Below, in pieces: positions 1-9,884 of a DNA stretch of 41,459 bases. Each line of letters opens with the position of its first letter. Position 1 is the stretch's first letter. The notes below the pieces were generated by a model that saw only the letters and a program-made list of their open reading frames with translations, was not told the DNA's origin and did no database searches. The stretch is from positions 1 through 41,459 of the forward strand of contig NJEA01000001.1 of assembly GCA_002254545.1 (NCBI GenBank), in the 5' to 3' direction. The position numbers and the translations under genes are program-made. The stretch comes from Candidatus Aenigmarchaeota archaeon ex4484_224. Its GTDB lineage: Archaea > Aenigmatarchaeota > Aenigmatarchaeia > CG10238-14 > EX4484-224.

Positions 1-68
1 GCTATAGGAGAAAAGGTTTAAAATATTCTTAAAGGAAAATGCTTAGGTTTAACTTTTTTCCTTTTAAT

Positions 69-653
69 TTATTTTGAAACAAATTTGTTTTGTTTGATAA
101 AGAATCTTAAGGGAATTTCTAAGTCTTTTGAAACACCAATTCTTTTGCTAAAACCAATTTCTTCTTTTTCTATATCTCTGAAATAAGCAATTTGAAGAAA
201 AGAAGATTTTTTGTAAAAGTAAGAACCATGCAAAGATTTATCTATTGATAAAGCTTTTGTAAGTTTGCCAGGACCATTTGTTAAATTTAACAAACTATTT
301 GTATTTCTGTTTTTCATCATTTCTTTAATCCCATAAATTGGTTCTAAAGCCCTTATTAGTACAGCTCCTGGTTGACCTTTTGGTAAACAAGTTGCATTTA
401 AAAGCCAATTTGCATGAACCATATAAATTAAAGCTCTTCCTGGTTCATCGAACATTAACTCAGAAATTTTATTTTTTCCTTTATAAGCTCTAGAAGCTGG
501 ATCTTCCTTTCCATAATAAGCTTCAGTTTCAACAATCATTCCTGCAAGAATTTTTTTATCAATTCTTCTTATTAACAATTTTCCAAGCAACTGAACCGCA
601 ACTAAAGCAGGATCTCTGTTATAAAATTTTTTTGGTAAAAGTTTAAATTTCAT
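69..653 (-). CDS. DNA-3-methyladenine (alkylpurine) DNA glycosylase, AAG/MPG family
   Basis: 194-aa ORF. Segments 'FYNRDPALVAVQLLGK', 'VETEAY', 'RAYKG' and 'GPGKLTKAL' fit the Mpg/AAG-type glycosylase pattern. Confidence 0.8.
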   Translation of the reverse strand: MKFKLLPKKFYNRDPALVAVQLLGKLLIRRIDKKILAGMIVETEAYYGKEDPASRAYKGKNKISELMFDEPGRALIYMVHANWLLNATCLPKGQPGAVLIRALEPIYGIKEMMKNRNTNSLLNLTNGPGKLTKALSIDKSLHGSYFYKKSSFLQIAYFRDIEKEEIGFSKRIGVSKDLEIPLRFFIKQNKFVSK

Positions 654-743
654 AATTTATTGTTAAATTACTTTAAAAATTACTTTTTATTTTTAAGAAA
701 GATAATGATCAAAATTTTAAAAAAGGAAATTTTACTTTAATTT

Positions 744-1676
744 ATGAAAATTTTTCCTTTAGCATTTGATTCCTTTGGGGTAAGAAGCCAAAGTACTTTT
801 GTAAAAGTTGGAAATCTTGGAATTCATTTGGATCCTGGAGTAGCTTTAGGACCAACTAGATATGGCTTACCTCCAACTCAAGAAGAATATTTAGCATTAG
901 AACTTTCAAGAAAAAAAATAATGCAAGTTTCTAAAAAAGCAAAAATTTCTATAGTTACTCATTATCATTACGATCATCATCCACATCCAGATGATGATGA
1001 AATGTATAAAGCATGTTTTTCAAACAAAATTGTTTTTGCTAAAGATATTTCAAAAAATATCAATTTTTCTGGTAAAAAAAGAGGAAAATATTTTGAAGAA
1101 AAAGTTAAACCAATTGCAAAAAGTTTAGAATATGTTGATGGAAAAAGTTTTGATTTTGGAAATGTTCATATAGAATTTTCACCAGCAGTTTGGCATGGAG
1201 AAGTTAAAAGTCAAGTTGGTACAGTTATTATGGTTTATATTGAAAAAGGTAAAGATTCATTTTTGTTTGGCTCAGATGCTCAAAACTTGGCTGATCCTCA
1301 AGCTTTAAAATGGGTTTTAGAAAAAAATCCAAAATTTATGATTTTAGATGGATATCCAACAATTTTCATTGGATGGAAAAAATCGAAGAAATCTTTTGAA
1401 AAAAGTAAAGAAAATTTGAGAAAAGCAATTTTAGAAACTCAAGCAAAAACAATCATTTTAGATCATCATATTCTTAGAGATATCCATTACAAAGAAAAAA
1501 TGAAAGATATTTTTGAAGATGCTGAAAATGTTGGCAAAAAAATTTTAACTGCTGCAGAATATTACGGCTTAGAAAATTTCTTTTTAGAAGCTTGGAGAAA
1601 AGAAATTCATGAAGGAAAAATGAAAGTTGATGTTAAAGGTTATTATAAAAAACTCTTTTCAAAAATAAAGATTTAA
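744..1676 (+). CDS. Metallo-beta-lactamase-fold hydrolase (archaeal UPF0282-like)
   Basis: 310 aa. 'VTHYHYDHH' is an HxHxDH metal-binding motif. The N-terminal 'PLAFDSFGVRSQSTFV' resembles archaeal UPF0282 proteins. Confidence 0.65.
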   Translation: MKIFPLAFDSFGVRSQSTFVKVGNLGIHLDPGVALGPTRYGLPPTQEEYLALELSRKKIMQVSKKAKISIVTHYHYDHHPHPDDDEMYKACFSNKIVFAKDISKNINFSGKKRGKYFEEKVKPIAKSLEYVDGKSFDFGNVHIEFSPAVWHGEVKSQVGTVIMVYIEKGKDSFLFGSDAQNLADPQALKWVLEKNPKFMILDGYPTIFIGWKKSKKSFEKSKENLRKAILETQAKTIILDHHILRDIHYKEKMKDIFEDAENVGKKILTAAEYYGLENFFLEAWRKEIHEGKMKVDVKGYYKKLFSKIKI

Positions 1677-1700
1677 ATAAATTCTTTCAAAATTAAACCT

Positions 1701-2813
1701 ATGGAAAAACAATTAATAAAGATTTACAAAGATTTCATTCAATTTTATAAAGAAGATTTATGGGAAAATTCAAGAAAATGGATAGGAGCTCCAAATATTT
1801 CAAAAAAAGAATATCTCAAATCAATATTCATTCATAACCAACCAACTTTCATAGAATTTTGGGGCTATGTTAGAATTTTAATTTACTTTGGTCAAGATTC
1901 TTTTCTTAAATTAATTTCAAATGATCAATGGGATATCCTTAGCTATAAAAAATTTTTAGAAAATCAAAATCTAGTAAAATTTGAAAAAAATAGAGTTAAA
2001 AAAATTAGCTCAATAATAAAACAAAGCTTAACAATTCCCTTAACTAAAACTCAAATTGAAAAAATTCTTTCAAAAAGACTTAAGATTAGCTTGAAAAAAT
2101 TTTACTTAAAAAATTGTCTTTTTCCACTTTTCAAAAAATTTCCTTGGCTTGAAAATAAATTAACAGTTAAGGAAGAATTCGATCAAATGCAAATTTCTTT
2201 TTCCTCTATGCTAACTTTGCTCTCCAAAATTTCTTTTTATTTTCCATTTAAAGAAAAATTTTTGGTTGCCGGAGCTGATGATTTTCTTCAAGTATATCTT
2301 TCTATAGTTTATCCCGAAATATCAATTATTACAGCTGATCTAGATTCAGATTTACTTTCGATAACAGAAGAAATTTCCTCTAAATTAGATCTAGAAATAA
2401 AAACAATTCAAAAAGATTTTACAAAATCAAAATTAAATCGAAAAATTTTTGGATTTTATACAAATCCTCCTTATACTTTGCCTGGAGCAATTAAATTTTT
2501 AAATTTCGGTTTATCTGGTTTTTCCAATCTTGGAGGTTATTCATTTTTGGTTCTTGGAGATGAAGCTATTAAAAATAGAAGAATTTTCTTGCAACAATTT
2601 TTCAACAAAAATAATTTGTTAATAGAAGAAATTGAAAAAGGAATTTCCTATCCTTTAGAAAAGAGTCATGACGAAGTTAAATCTTTCTTGCAAGAAGCGA
2701 AAAAAATCAATCATAAACCAAAAAATTATCTTTTTGCTAGGATATTTATTCTTTCTTATATTCCATTCAAACTTCCAAAATTCAAATATCAAGATATCTT
2801 CTTTTATCTTTAA
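1701..2813 (+). CDS. DUF43/BpsA-like (branched-chain polyamine aminopropyltransferase family) protein
   Basis: 370 aa. 'EFDQ', 'VAGADDF', 'ADLDSDLL' and 'YTNPPYTLPGAIKFLNFGLS...GGY' parallel the GDDDL / DID / TDPPxT..G..FL..G..GY layout remembered for DUF43/BpsA. Confidence 0.5.
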   Translation: MEKQLIKIYKDFIQFYKEDLWENSRKWIGAPNISKKEYLKSIFIHNQPTFIEFWGYVRILIYFGQDSFLKLISNDQWDILSYKKFLENQNLVKFEKNRVKKISSIIKQSLTIPLTKTQIEKILSKRLKISLKKFYLKNCLFPLFKKFPWLENKLTVKEEFDQMQISFSSMLTLLSKISFYFPFKEKFLVAGADDFLQVYLSIVYPEISIITADLDSDLLSITEEISSKLDLEIKTIQKDFTKSKLNRKIFGFYTNPPYTLPGAIKFLNFGLSGFSNLGGYSFLVLGDEAIKNRRIFLQQFFNKNNLLIEEIEKGISYPLEKSHDEVKSFLQEAKKINHKPKNYLFARIFILSYIPFKLPKFKYQDIFFYL

Positions 2814-2844
2814 TTTTTTCAAATTGTTTCTTAAAAATTAAATT

Positions 2845-3726
2845 ATGCCAATAAATGCTCCTATCGAATATTATAAAGCTGAAGAAAAATATTTGAAAGC
2901 CAAAACTATAGATGAAAAAATTGCAGCTCTAGAAGAAATGATTAGATTATTGCCAAAACATAAAGGAACTGAAAATTTATTAGCACAATTAAGAAAAAGA
3001 TTGGCGAAACTTAAAAAACAAAAAGAGCAAAAGAAAAAAGTTGGAAAAAGTTCTAAGGCAAAAGAATTAACAGTTGAAAAGGAAGGAAGTGCTCAAGTTT
3101 GCATAATAGGATATCCTAATTCTGGAAAAAGTTCCTTGCTTAAATCTTTAACAAACAAAGAGATTGAAATAAGTGAAATTCCTTATACAACAAAAAAGCC
3201 AGAAGTTGCTATGCTTGATTATGAAAATGTTAAAATTCAGTTGGTCGAAATTCCTTCTACTTTTGAACCATATACTTTTGGAATTTTAAACAACTGTGAT
3301 TTAATTGTTTGTTTACTAGATTCAACTTCAGATATAAATGAACAAAAGAAATTTTTTGAAGAAATGCTTTCAAAAAGAAATTTGCTTAAAAAAACTATTT
3401 TTGTAATTTCAAAAGATGATTCAAACAAATTTCGAGGAATTTCAATAAAAAGAAAAGAAAGTTTAGAAAAATTGAAAGAAAAAATTTGGAATTCTTTGAA
3501 TTTAATAAGAGTATATCCAAAACCAATAAACAAAAAACCAGAAAAAACTCCAATTACTTTACCAAAAGGTTCAAAAGTAAAAGATTTTGTTGAAAAGCTT
3601 GGATATACTTTTATAAAAAATTTTAAATTTGCAAGAATTTTTGATAATTCAAAATTTAGCGGAAGAAAAGTTGGTTTAGACTATGAACTTAAAGATAAAG
3701 ATATTGTTGAAGTTCATTTGGATTAA
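2845..3726 (+). CDS. DRG/Obg-family GTP-binding protein with C-terminal TGS domain (divergent, short)
   Basis: 293 aa. P-loop 'GYPNSGKSSL' and a C-terminal TGS-like segment 'VKDFVEKLG...ARIF...GRKVGLDYELKDKDIVEV'. The G3 and G4 motifs are degenerate (see findings). Confidence 0.65.
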   Translation: MPINAPIEYYKAEEKYLKAKTIDEKIAALEEMIRLLPKHKGTENLLAQLRKRLAKLKKQKEQKKKVGKSSKAKELTVEKEGSAQVCIIGYPNSGKSSLLKSLTNKEIEISEIPYTTKKPEVAMLDYENVKIQLVEIPSTFEPYTFGILNNCDLIVCLLDSTSDINEQKKFFEEMLSKRNLLKKTIFVISKDDSNKFRGISIKRKESLEKLKEKIWNSLNLIRVYPKPINKKPEKTPITLPKGSKVKDFVEKLGYTFIKNFKFARIFDNSKFSGRKVGLDYELKDKDIVEVHLD

Positions 3727-4442
3727 ATTTTTTCAACAAGCTTTCTAATCAAAACCTTTCCAGTTTTTGTATATTCAAGCTCTATTAATCCAACCTCTTC
3801 AAATTTTTTTGCCCATTCTTCAATAATCTCTCTAGATATACCAATTCTTTTTTTAACTTCATCACTCCAAACTTCTCCTTCTTTCTCAACTAACTTCAAA
3901 AATTCATTTATCTTTTTGTTTGTTTCTTCTAATATTCTTTCTTTTCCCATTACTACAGCTAAATCAGTTTTGGTTAAAATTCCGACTAATTCTCCATTTT
4001 TATCAACAACAAGTAATCTACTAATATTCCTTCTTTTCATCAAAATTCTTGCTTCTTCTAAACTTTTATTTTCTTTTATCACTATAGGTTTTTTCATAAC
4101 TTCGAAAACTTTTTTTCTTTTAAGTATATCCTTTGCTTCTTCCAATTCCTCAAAAAATTCTTTTTCAGCTACTTCCAACAAATCACTTCTACTTATTTCT
4201 CCAACTAACTTTTTTCCAAAAAATACTGGAGCACCAGATATCCTATTTCTTTTAAAAAACAAATAAACTTTCCATAAATCCCAATCTCTATCTATTTTCA
4301 AAACTCTTTTCGACATTACTTCTCTAACTAGAATTTTAGAGGGAGCTTTTTTTCTAAAAATTAAACTCTTAATTTTTTGATGAATTTTAATATCCATAAT
4401 TTTAATTTTTCGTAAATTTTTAATAAATGTTAGTATAATCAT
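3723..4442 (-). CDS. CBS-domain pair protein with C-terminal helical (possibly wHTH) extension
   Basis: Two CBS-like units ('VREVMSKRVLKIDRD...ISGAPVF' and 'VFEVMKKPIVIK...ISRLLVVDKNGELVGILTKTDL'). The true start is probably the internal ATG at 4397 (MDIKIH...). The tracked start lies only 5 nt from the divergent gene. Confidence 0.7.
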   Translation of the reverse strand: MIILTFIKNLRKIKIMDIKIHQKIKSLIFRKKAPSKILVREVMSKRVLKIDRDWDLWKVYLFFKRNRISGAPVFFGKKLVGEISRSDLLEVAEKEFFEELEEAKDILKRKKVFEVMKKPIVIKENKSLEEARILMKRRNISRLLVVDKNGELVGILTKTDLAVVMGKERILEETNKKINEFLKLVEKEGEVWSDEVKKRIGISREIIEEWAKKFEEVGLIELEYTKTGKVLIRKLVEKI

Positions 4443-4447
4443 TACTT

Positions 4448-4675
4448 ATGGTTTTAGCATATATTTTAATGCAAATTCAACCAGGAAAGGAAAAGAAAAT
4501 AATAGATAAACTTTCTAAAATAAAAGAAGTTAAAGAAACTCATTTGCTTTATGGAGAATATGATTTAATAGCAAAAGTTGAATTTGAAGATATGAAGAAA
4601 TTAAATGAATTTGTTATGAATGTTCTAAGAAAACAAAATGGAGTCAAAGTAACTTCTACTATGATTTGTGTTTAA
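4448..4675 (+). CDS. Stand-alone Lrp/AsnC-type ligand-binding (RAM) domain protein
   Basis: 75 aa. 'AYILMQIQPGKEKKIIDKLSKIKEVKETHLLYGEYDLIAKVEFEDMKKLNEFV' matches the AsnC C-terminal domain pattern, and there is no HTH. Confidence 0.65.
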   Translation: MVLAYILMQIQPGKEKKIIDKLSKIKEVKETHLLYGEYDLIAKVEFEDMKKLNEFVMNVLRKQNGVKVTSTMICV

Positions 4676-4699
4676 AAACTTTGAAGATAAATTTTTTGT

Positions 4700-5155
4700 A
4701 TGCTTGGAATTGAAGATTTGAAAAATTTTTTAGAGGAAAACTCTATTCAAGCAGAAATAATCGAATTTGAAAAGCCAGTAATTACTAGCAAAGATGTTTT
4801 AAAATTACTTGGAAATGTTAAAGTTGTAAAATCAATTTTAATAATTACAGAAAAATTTCCAATAGTTTGTATTTTACCAGGAAATAGAAAAATCGATTTT
4901 GAAAAAATTAAGAAATTATTTGAGGTTAAGGAAGTTAGACTGGCTAAAGCAAAAGAAGTTAAAGAAATTACCGGATATGATATTGGAGCTTTGCCTCCAT
5001 TTGCACATAAACAAAAAATTAAAACAATAGTTGACAAAAGTTTGGAAAATATTAAAGAAGATGTTTATTGTGGTGGTGGATCTCATTATTCTTTACTTAA
5101 AATTAATCCAAAAATTTTAATTGAAATGTTTGAAGTTAAAGATTTTTCTTGCTAA
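4700..5155 (+). CDS. YbaK/ProX/EbsC-type aminoacyl-tRNA trans-editing (deacylase) domain protein
   Basis: 151 aa. 'KSILI...', 'ITGYDIGALPPF' and 'VYCGGGSHYSLLKINP' fit the YbaK-domain layout. Confidence 0.6.
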   Translation: MLGIEDLKNFLEENSIQAEIIEFEKPVITSKDVLKLLGNVKVVKSILIITEKFPIVCILPGNRKIDFEKIKKLFEVKEVRLAKAKEVKEITGYDIGALPPFAHKQKIKTIVDKSLENIKEDVYCGGGSHYSLLKINPKILIEMFEVKDFSC

Positions 5156-5879
5156 ATTTTAAAAATTCCTTTGCATCATCCTTCATAAAAATGTTGTTGA
5201 ACATTACAAATCCTTCTTTAAATTTCAAACTTTTAATTTCCTTGATTAAAAACTCAAAATCTTTTTTTGTATATTTGTAAGAATACATTTTTTTGCCTGG
5301 TGGAGAACCATGCAATCTAAAGTAAAAAACTTTTTTCTTTGTTAAATGTTGAGCTCTATTTGCAAAAGGATCAACTATATCTATCAATTCAAATTTTTTA
5401 CAAAACTTTTTCCTTTCTTTATCATTCCAACCTCTTAACTCAATTCCAATTAAAAAATCCCTTCTTTCAATTTTCTCAAAAAATTTCTCAGCGTTTTCCC
5501 AATTCTCTTGATTATTTTCAAACTTTTTTGGCATTTGAATTACTAAAACCTTTGCTTCCAAAATTTTTGCAACTTTAATCATTTTCTTCCAAAATTCAAA
5601 AACTTCTTTTGTTGGCTTTAAAAACCCTACTTTCCCTTTTAATTTTTCAAAATCTAAATTGCTCCTTCTCCAAGTTGGCATTTCTGCGGGATGGCTAATT
5701 CCCTGAAAAACTTTCAAATTAAAAATAAATTCTTTGCTTGCTTTTTCTTTCCATTTTTTAGCAAGCTTTTCATCTATTAATTGATAGAAAGTTTTTTGAA
5801 TTTCAATTGTTTTAAAATCTTTAAAGTAATTTTTTTGAGATTCACAAAATCCGCAGCAACCAACAAAAATTTCTTTCAT
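5136..5879 (-). CDS. DUF72 (UPF0759) family protein
   Basis: 247 aa. The N-terminal 'IFVGCCGF...YFKDFKTIEIQKTFYQ' and C-terminal 'YFRLHG' resemble DUF72. Confidence 0.5.
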   Translation of the reverse strand: MKEIFVGCCGFCESQKNYFKDFKTIEIQKTFYQLIDEKLAKKWKEKASKEFIFNLKVFQGISHPAEMPTWRRSNLDFEKLKGKVGFLKPTKEVFEFWKKMIKVAKILEAKVLVIQMPKKFENNQENWENAEKFFEKIERRDFLIGIELRGWNDKERKKFCKKFELIDIVDPFANRAQHLTKKKVFYFRLHGSPPGKKMYSYKYTKKDFEFLIKEIKSLKFKEGFVMFNNIFMKDDAKEFLKFSKKNL

Positions 5880-5903
5880 AATAAAAATTTTCTTAATTTC
5901 AAA

Positions 5904-7151
5904 TTAAATATAACCTAACTCTTTTGCCGCGATTATAAACATTGCATGAGACCAAGCTAAAGGAATAGGACCTCTAAATTTTCCATCTAATGTAATTTGC
6001 TCTGGAATATATTCTTTCACTTTAGAAATTACCCAATCGAAATATTTCTCTGCTTTTTGATAATTTTCTAACCTTGAATACACAATTGAAGCCCAAAAGT
6101 TTACTATTGGCCAGGCATTTCCTTTGGATCCGGGATATCTAGAACTACCATCTATAAATATTCCATTATATGTATCTCCAGGATATCTCCCTAAACCCAA
6201 ATGATTTTTATGTATCTTAATTTTTTCAACTAACCAATCTATAAACTTTTCTATTCTTTCATCTTTCTTTACAAAATCTACAGGATATACCAGAGAAAAC
6301 AATAATGAATCTATTTCTGGATCAAAACTATCTCCTCTCATCAATTCGGTATAAAGACTTAAGTAATTTTTCTTTTCATATCTATTTCCGAATACAGCCT
6401 TCCATTTATTTTCACTTTCTACGTATGCCTTTTTTAAAGTATCTTTTATCGATAAAAATGTCTTTTTCCACTTATTTTTTTCTCCGACCATTTCCATTCC
6501 TAACTTAAATCCAAGATAAGAAAGTAAAAGAGAATGAGTAATATTAACTCCTGGATATCCAATTTTTTCTTCCCATCTATCATGATAAAGAATTTTAAAA
6601 CTGTCTGCTCCCCACAACTTAGCTAATCTATCCAAAATCGAATTAATAACTTTTTTGGTTGTTGTTCTACATTCCTTAGTTTTACAAAACTTTTTATGTT
6701 TATAAAATGCCCAAACAATGTACCCATAATTATCAATTTGAATTTGAACCCTAAATCCTCCTCTTTTCCCTCCTCTTCCCCACATCGTTACTTCATGTTG
6801 ATATTTGCTAATAGTTTTAAGACCCTCTTCTGAGTAAATCTCAAAAATAAGAAATCCATTTGCCATTCCATTAGGATCATATCTTTGAAAGACCCATCCA
6901 TCTTCTATTTTTTCTGCTCTTGTTAATAGCCAATTAAAAAATTTTTCTGGAATGTCATGCAATCCCAAAATATCTGAAGCTATACATATATGAGCAGCAT
7001 CTGCTGGCCATACATAAAAATAATTAGGAGAACCTTTAGGATATATTGGAGAAGAGGAATCTGCTGCAACTATTGCACCATTCTCTAATGAAACTCTTTT
7101 AAAAACCTCTTTAGATCTATCAATAATTTTTTCAATTTTTTCAATTCTCAT
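5904..7151 (-). CDS. Glycoside hydrolase family 15 catalytic domain (glucoamylase/trehalase-like)
   Basis: 415 aa. 'YVWPADAA', 'QIQIDNYGYIVWA', 'DRWEEKIG', 'IPEQI' and 'PLAWSHAMFIIA' match the GH15 (alpha/alpha)6 barrel signature order. There is no N-terminal beta-sandwich domain. Confidence 0.75.
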   Translation of the reverse strand: MRIEKIEKIIDRSKEVFKRVSLENGAIVAADSSSPIYPKGSPNYFYVWPADAAHICIASDILGLHDIPEKFFNWLLTRAEKIEDGWVFQRYDPNGMANGFLIFEIYSEEGLKTISKYQHEVTMWGRGGKRGGFRVQIQIDNYGYIVWAFYKHKKFCKTKECRTTTKKVINSILDRLAKLWGADSFKILYHDRWEEKIGYPGVNITHSLLLSYLGFKLGMEMVGEKNKWKKTFLSIKDTLKKAYVESENKWKAVFGNRYEKKNYLSLYTELMRGDSFDPEIDSLLFSLVYPVDFVKKDERIEKFIDWLVEKIKIHKNHLGLGRYPGDTYNGIFIDGSSRYPGSKGNAWPIVNFWASIVYSRLENYQKAEKYFDWVISKVKEYIPEQITLDGKFRGPIPLAWSHAMFIIAAKELGYI

Positions 7152-7207
7152 AATATTATTATTTGAACCTAAAATTTTATCTTCTCAAAAATACAAATAA
7201 TATAGCT

Positions 7208-9877
7208 ATGCCTATCAAAAAAGTTAAACTTAGAAAGGTTAAAGATGAAAAAATTTTGAAGTTGCTTAGACCTTATTTGGCTTTTTGGTTTAAGAAAAAA
7301 TTTGGAAAGCTAACATTGCCACAAAAATTTTCAATTCCTCTAATTCAAAAAGGAAAAAATGTTTTAATTACTGCTCCAACTGGCTCTGGTAAAACATTAG
7401 CTTGTTTTACTTCAATTTTAAACGAACTTTTTAAACTAGCTGAAAAAAATTTGCTTGAAGATAAAGTTTATGCAATTTATGTTTCTCCATTAAGAGCTTT
7501 AAACAATGATATCTACAAGAATTTGTTAATTCCTTTGAAAGAAGTTAAAGAAATTGCTGAAAAAAAGTTTAAAATAAAATTGCAAGAGATTAGAGTTGGT
7601 GTAAGAACTGGAGATACTAGCTCTTATGAAAAGCAAAAACAATTAAAAAATCCTCCTCATATTTTAATAACAACTCCAGAAAGCTTAGCAATAATTTTGG
7701 GGACTAAAAAGTTTAAAGAAAAAATTAAAGATGTTAAATGGGTTATAGTAGATGAAATTCATGAATTAGCAAATTCTAAGAGAGGAGTACATTTAAGTTT
7801 AAGTTTAGAAAGATTGGAAAATTTTGTAGGAAAGAGAATTGTAAGAATTGGAGCTGGAGCAACTTTAGAGCCTTTGGAAGAAGCTGCAAAATTTTTAGTT
7901 GGTTTGGAAAATGGAAAATCAAGAAATTGTTATATAATTGATGCAAGATTTGTTAAGCCAATTGATTTAAAAGTAATTTTGCCAATAAAAGATTTGATCT
8001 ATACTGATGCAGAAACAATTAACAAAAAAATGTATGAATTAATTGACAACCTAATTTCTAAACATAGAACAACATTAGTTTTTACAAACACAAGAAGTGG
8101 AGCTGAAAGAGTTCACTTCCATTTAAAGCAATTATTTCCAAGTAAATATTTGGATGAATTAACTGGAGTACATCACTCAAGCATTTCAAGAGATATAAGA
8201 TTAGATGTTGAAAACAAATTAAAAAATGGAAAGCTTAAAGTTGTAATTAGTTCAACTTCTTTAGAACTAGGAATTGATATTGGTTATATCGATTTAGTAA
8301 TTCAAATAGGATCTCCAAAATCAGTTTCTAGGTTAATGCAAAGAATTGGAAGGGCTGGTCATAAGTTACATGAAATCTCAAAAGGAAGAATAATTGTTTT
8401 AGATAGAGATGATTTGGTTGAATGTTCTGTTATGACAAAAAAAGCTTATGAATACTTTTTAGATAAATTTCATATGCCAGAAAATTGCTTAGATGTTTTA
8501 GCTCAGCATTTGCTTGGTTTAGCAAATGAAAGAAAATGGAATGTTTATGAAGCTTATGAATTAATTAAAAAAGCATATCCTTATAGAAATTTAAAATTTG
8601 AAACTTTTTTATCAATTTTAAAATATTTAGCTGGTTTTTACCATAGCTTGGAAGATTACAAAGTTTATGGAAAAATTTGGTTTGATGAAAATACAATGGA
8701 ATTTGGAAGAAGAGGAAAGTATTCAAGAGTAATTTATACCTTAAACATTGGAACAATTCCAGATGAATTAAAAATTAAAGTTAGAAGTTTAAAAGGAAAA
8801 TTTATAGGATATATAGAAGAAGGATTTTTAGAAAGATTATTGCCTGGTGATATATTTGTTCTTGCTGGAAAAACTTATGAGTTCATAAAAGCAAAAAAAG
8901 ATATAGCCTATGTAAAAGAAGTCAAAGAAAAAAGACCTACCATACCTAGTTGGTTTTCTGAACAATTGCCTTTAAGCTTTGAATTAGCAATAGAAATTGG
9001 AAAATTTAGAGAAAAAGTTTTTAATTGGCTAGAGAAAAAAGAAAAGAAAATTGATGAAAAAATTAAAAAAGAATTAAATTGTAGTAAAGAAGTTGCTAAA
9101 GCAATTTATGACTACTTTTTAATTCAATATAAATTTTTAAAGAAAATGGAAGCAAAAAGATTTCCATCTCATAAAACAATTCTAATAGAAAATGTTATAA
9201 CAAGTGATTCTCAAAATATTGTTTTTCATACTTTGTTTGGAAGAAAAGTCAATGATACTTTAAGTAGAGCTTATGCTTATATGTTAATGAAAAAATTGAA
9301 AAAAAGCATTGGAATTACTATAAGCGATAATGGATTTATTCTTTCAATTCCATTTGAATTTGAAAAAAGATTTTGGATAAAAATAAGAGAAATTAAAAAA
9401 GAATTCGTAGATCCAAAAGAAGTAGTTAAACTTGTTTCTTCTTCAAAGCTTGAAGAAATTTTGAGAAAAGCATTGATAAATACTGAGCTTTTCAAAAGAA
9501 AATTTAGACATAATGCAACCAGAGCTTTAATGATTTTAAGAAATTATAAAGGGCATGAAATTTCTTTAGTTAAACAACAAATGAGTGCAGAAAGATTAAT
9601 AAAAGTTGTTAAAAAAATTAAAGGATTTCCAATAATAGAAGAAACTTATAGAGAAATTTTAGAAGATTATATGGATATCCAAAATTCTAAGAAAATTTTG
9701 AAAGAAATTGAGAATGGAAAAATTAAGTTTGAAATTTTAGAAAAAAGCAATATACCTTCTCCTTTTGCTCATAACTTGTTTGTTTTAAGCGAAAGTGATG
9801 TTGTTTTAATGGAAGATAGAAAAGCTTTACTTTTAAAGTTGCATAAACAAGTGTTAGAAAAAATTAAAGAAAAATAA
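7208..9877 (+). CDS. lhr: Lhr-type ATP-dependent DEAD/DEAH-box helicase
   Basis: 'APTGSGKT', 'VDEIHEL', 'SSTSLELGIDIG' and 'QRIGRAGH', plus a long C-terminal Lhr/DEAD-associated region. The tracked ORF starts at TTG 7163. ATG 7208 (MPIKKVKL...) is the more likely start. Confidence 0.85.
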   Translation: MPIKKVKLRKVKDEKILKLLRPYLAFWFKKKFGKLTLPQKFSIPLIQKGKNVLITAPTGSGKTLACFTSILNELFKLAEKNLLEDKVYAIYVSPLRALNNDIYKNLLIPLKEVKEIAEKKFKIKLQEIRVGVRTGDTSSYEKQKQLKNPPHILITTPESLAIILGTKKFKEKIKDVKWVIVDEIHELANSKRGVHLSLSLERLENFVGKRIVRIGAGATLEPLEEAAKFLVGLENGKSRNCYIIDARFVKPIDLKVILPIKDLIYTDAETINKKMYELIDNLISKHRTTLVFTNTRSGAERVHFHLKQLFPSKYLDELTGVHHSSISRDIRLDVENKLKNGKLKVVISSTSLELGIDIGYIDLVIQIGSPKSVSRLMQRIGRAGHKLHEISKGRIIVLDRDDLVECSVMTKKAYEYFLDKFHMPENCLDVLAQHLLGLANERKWNVYEAYELIKKAYPYRNLKFETFLSILKYLAGFYHSLEDYKVYGKIWFDENTMEFGRRGKYSRVIYTLNIGTIPDELKIKVRSLKGKFIGYIEEGFLERLLPGDIFVLAGKTYEFIKAKKDIAYVKEVKEKRPTIPSWFSEQLPLSFELAIEIGKFREKVFNWLEKKEKKIDEKIKKELNCSKEVAKAIYDYFLIQYKFLKKMEAKRFPSHKTILIENVITSDSQNIVFHTLFGRKVNDTLSRAYAYMLMKKLKKSIGITISDNGFILSIPFEFEKRFWIKIREIKKEFVDPKEVVKLVSSSKLEEILRKALINTELFKRKFRHNATRALMILRNYKGHEISLVKQQMSAERLIKVVKKIKGFPIIEETYREILEDYMDIQNSKKILKEIENGKIKFEILEKSNIPSPFAHNLFVLSESDVVLMEDRKALLLKLHKQVLEKIKEK

Positions 9878-9884
9878 TTAAATT

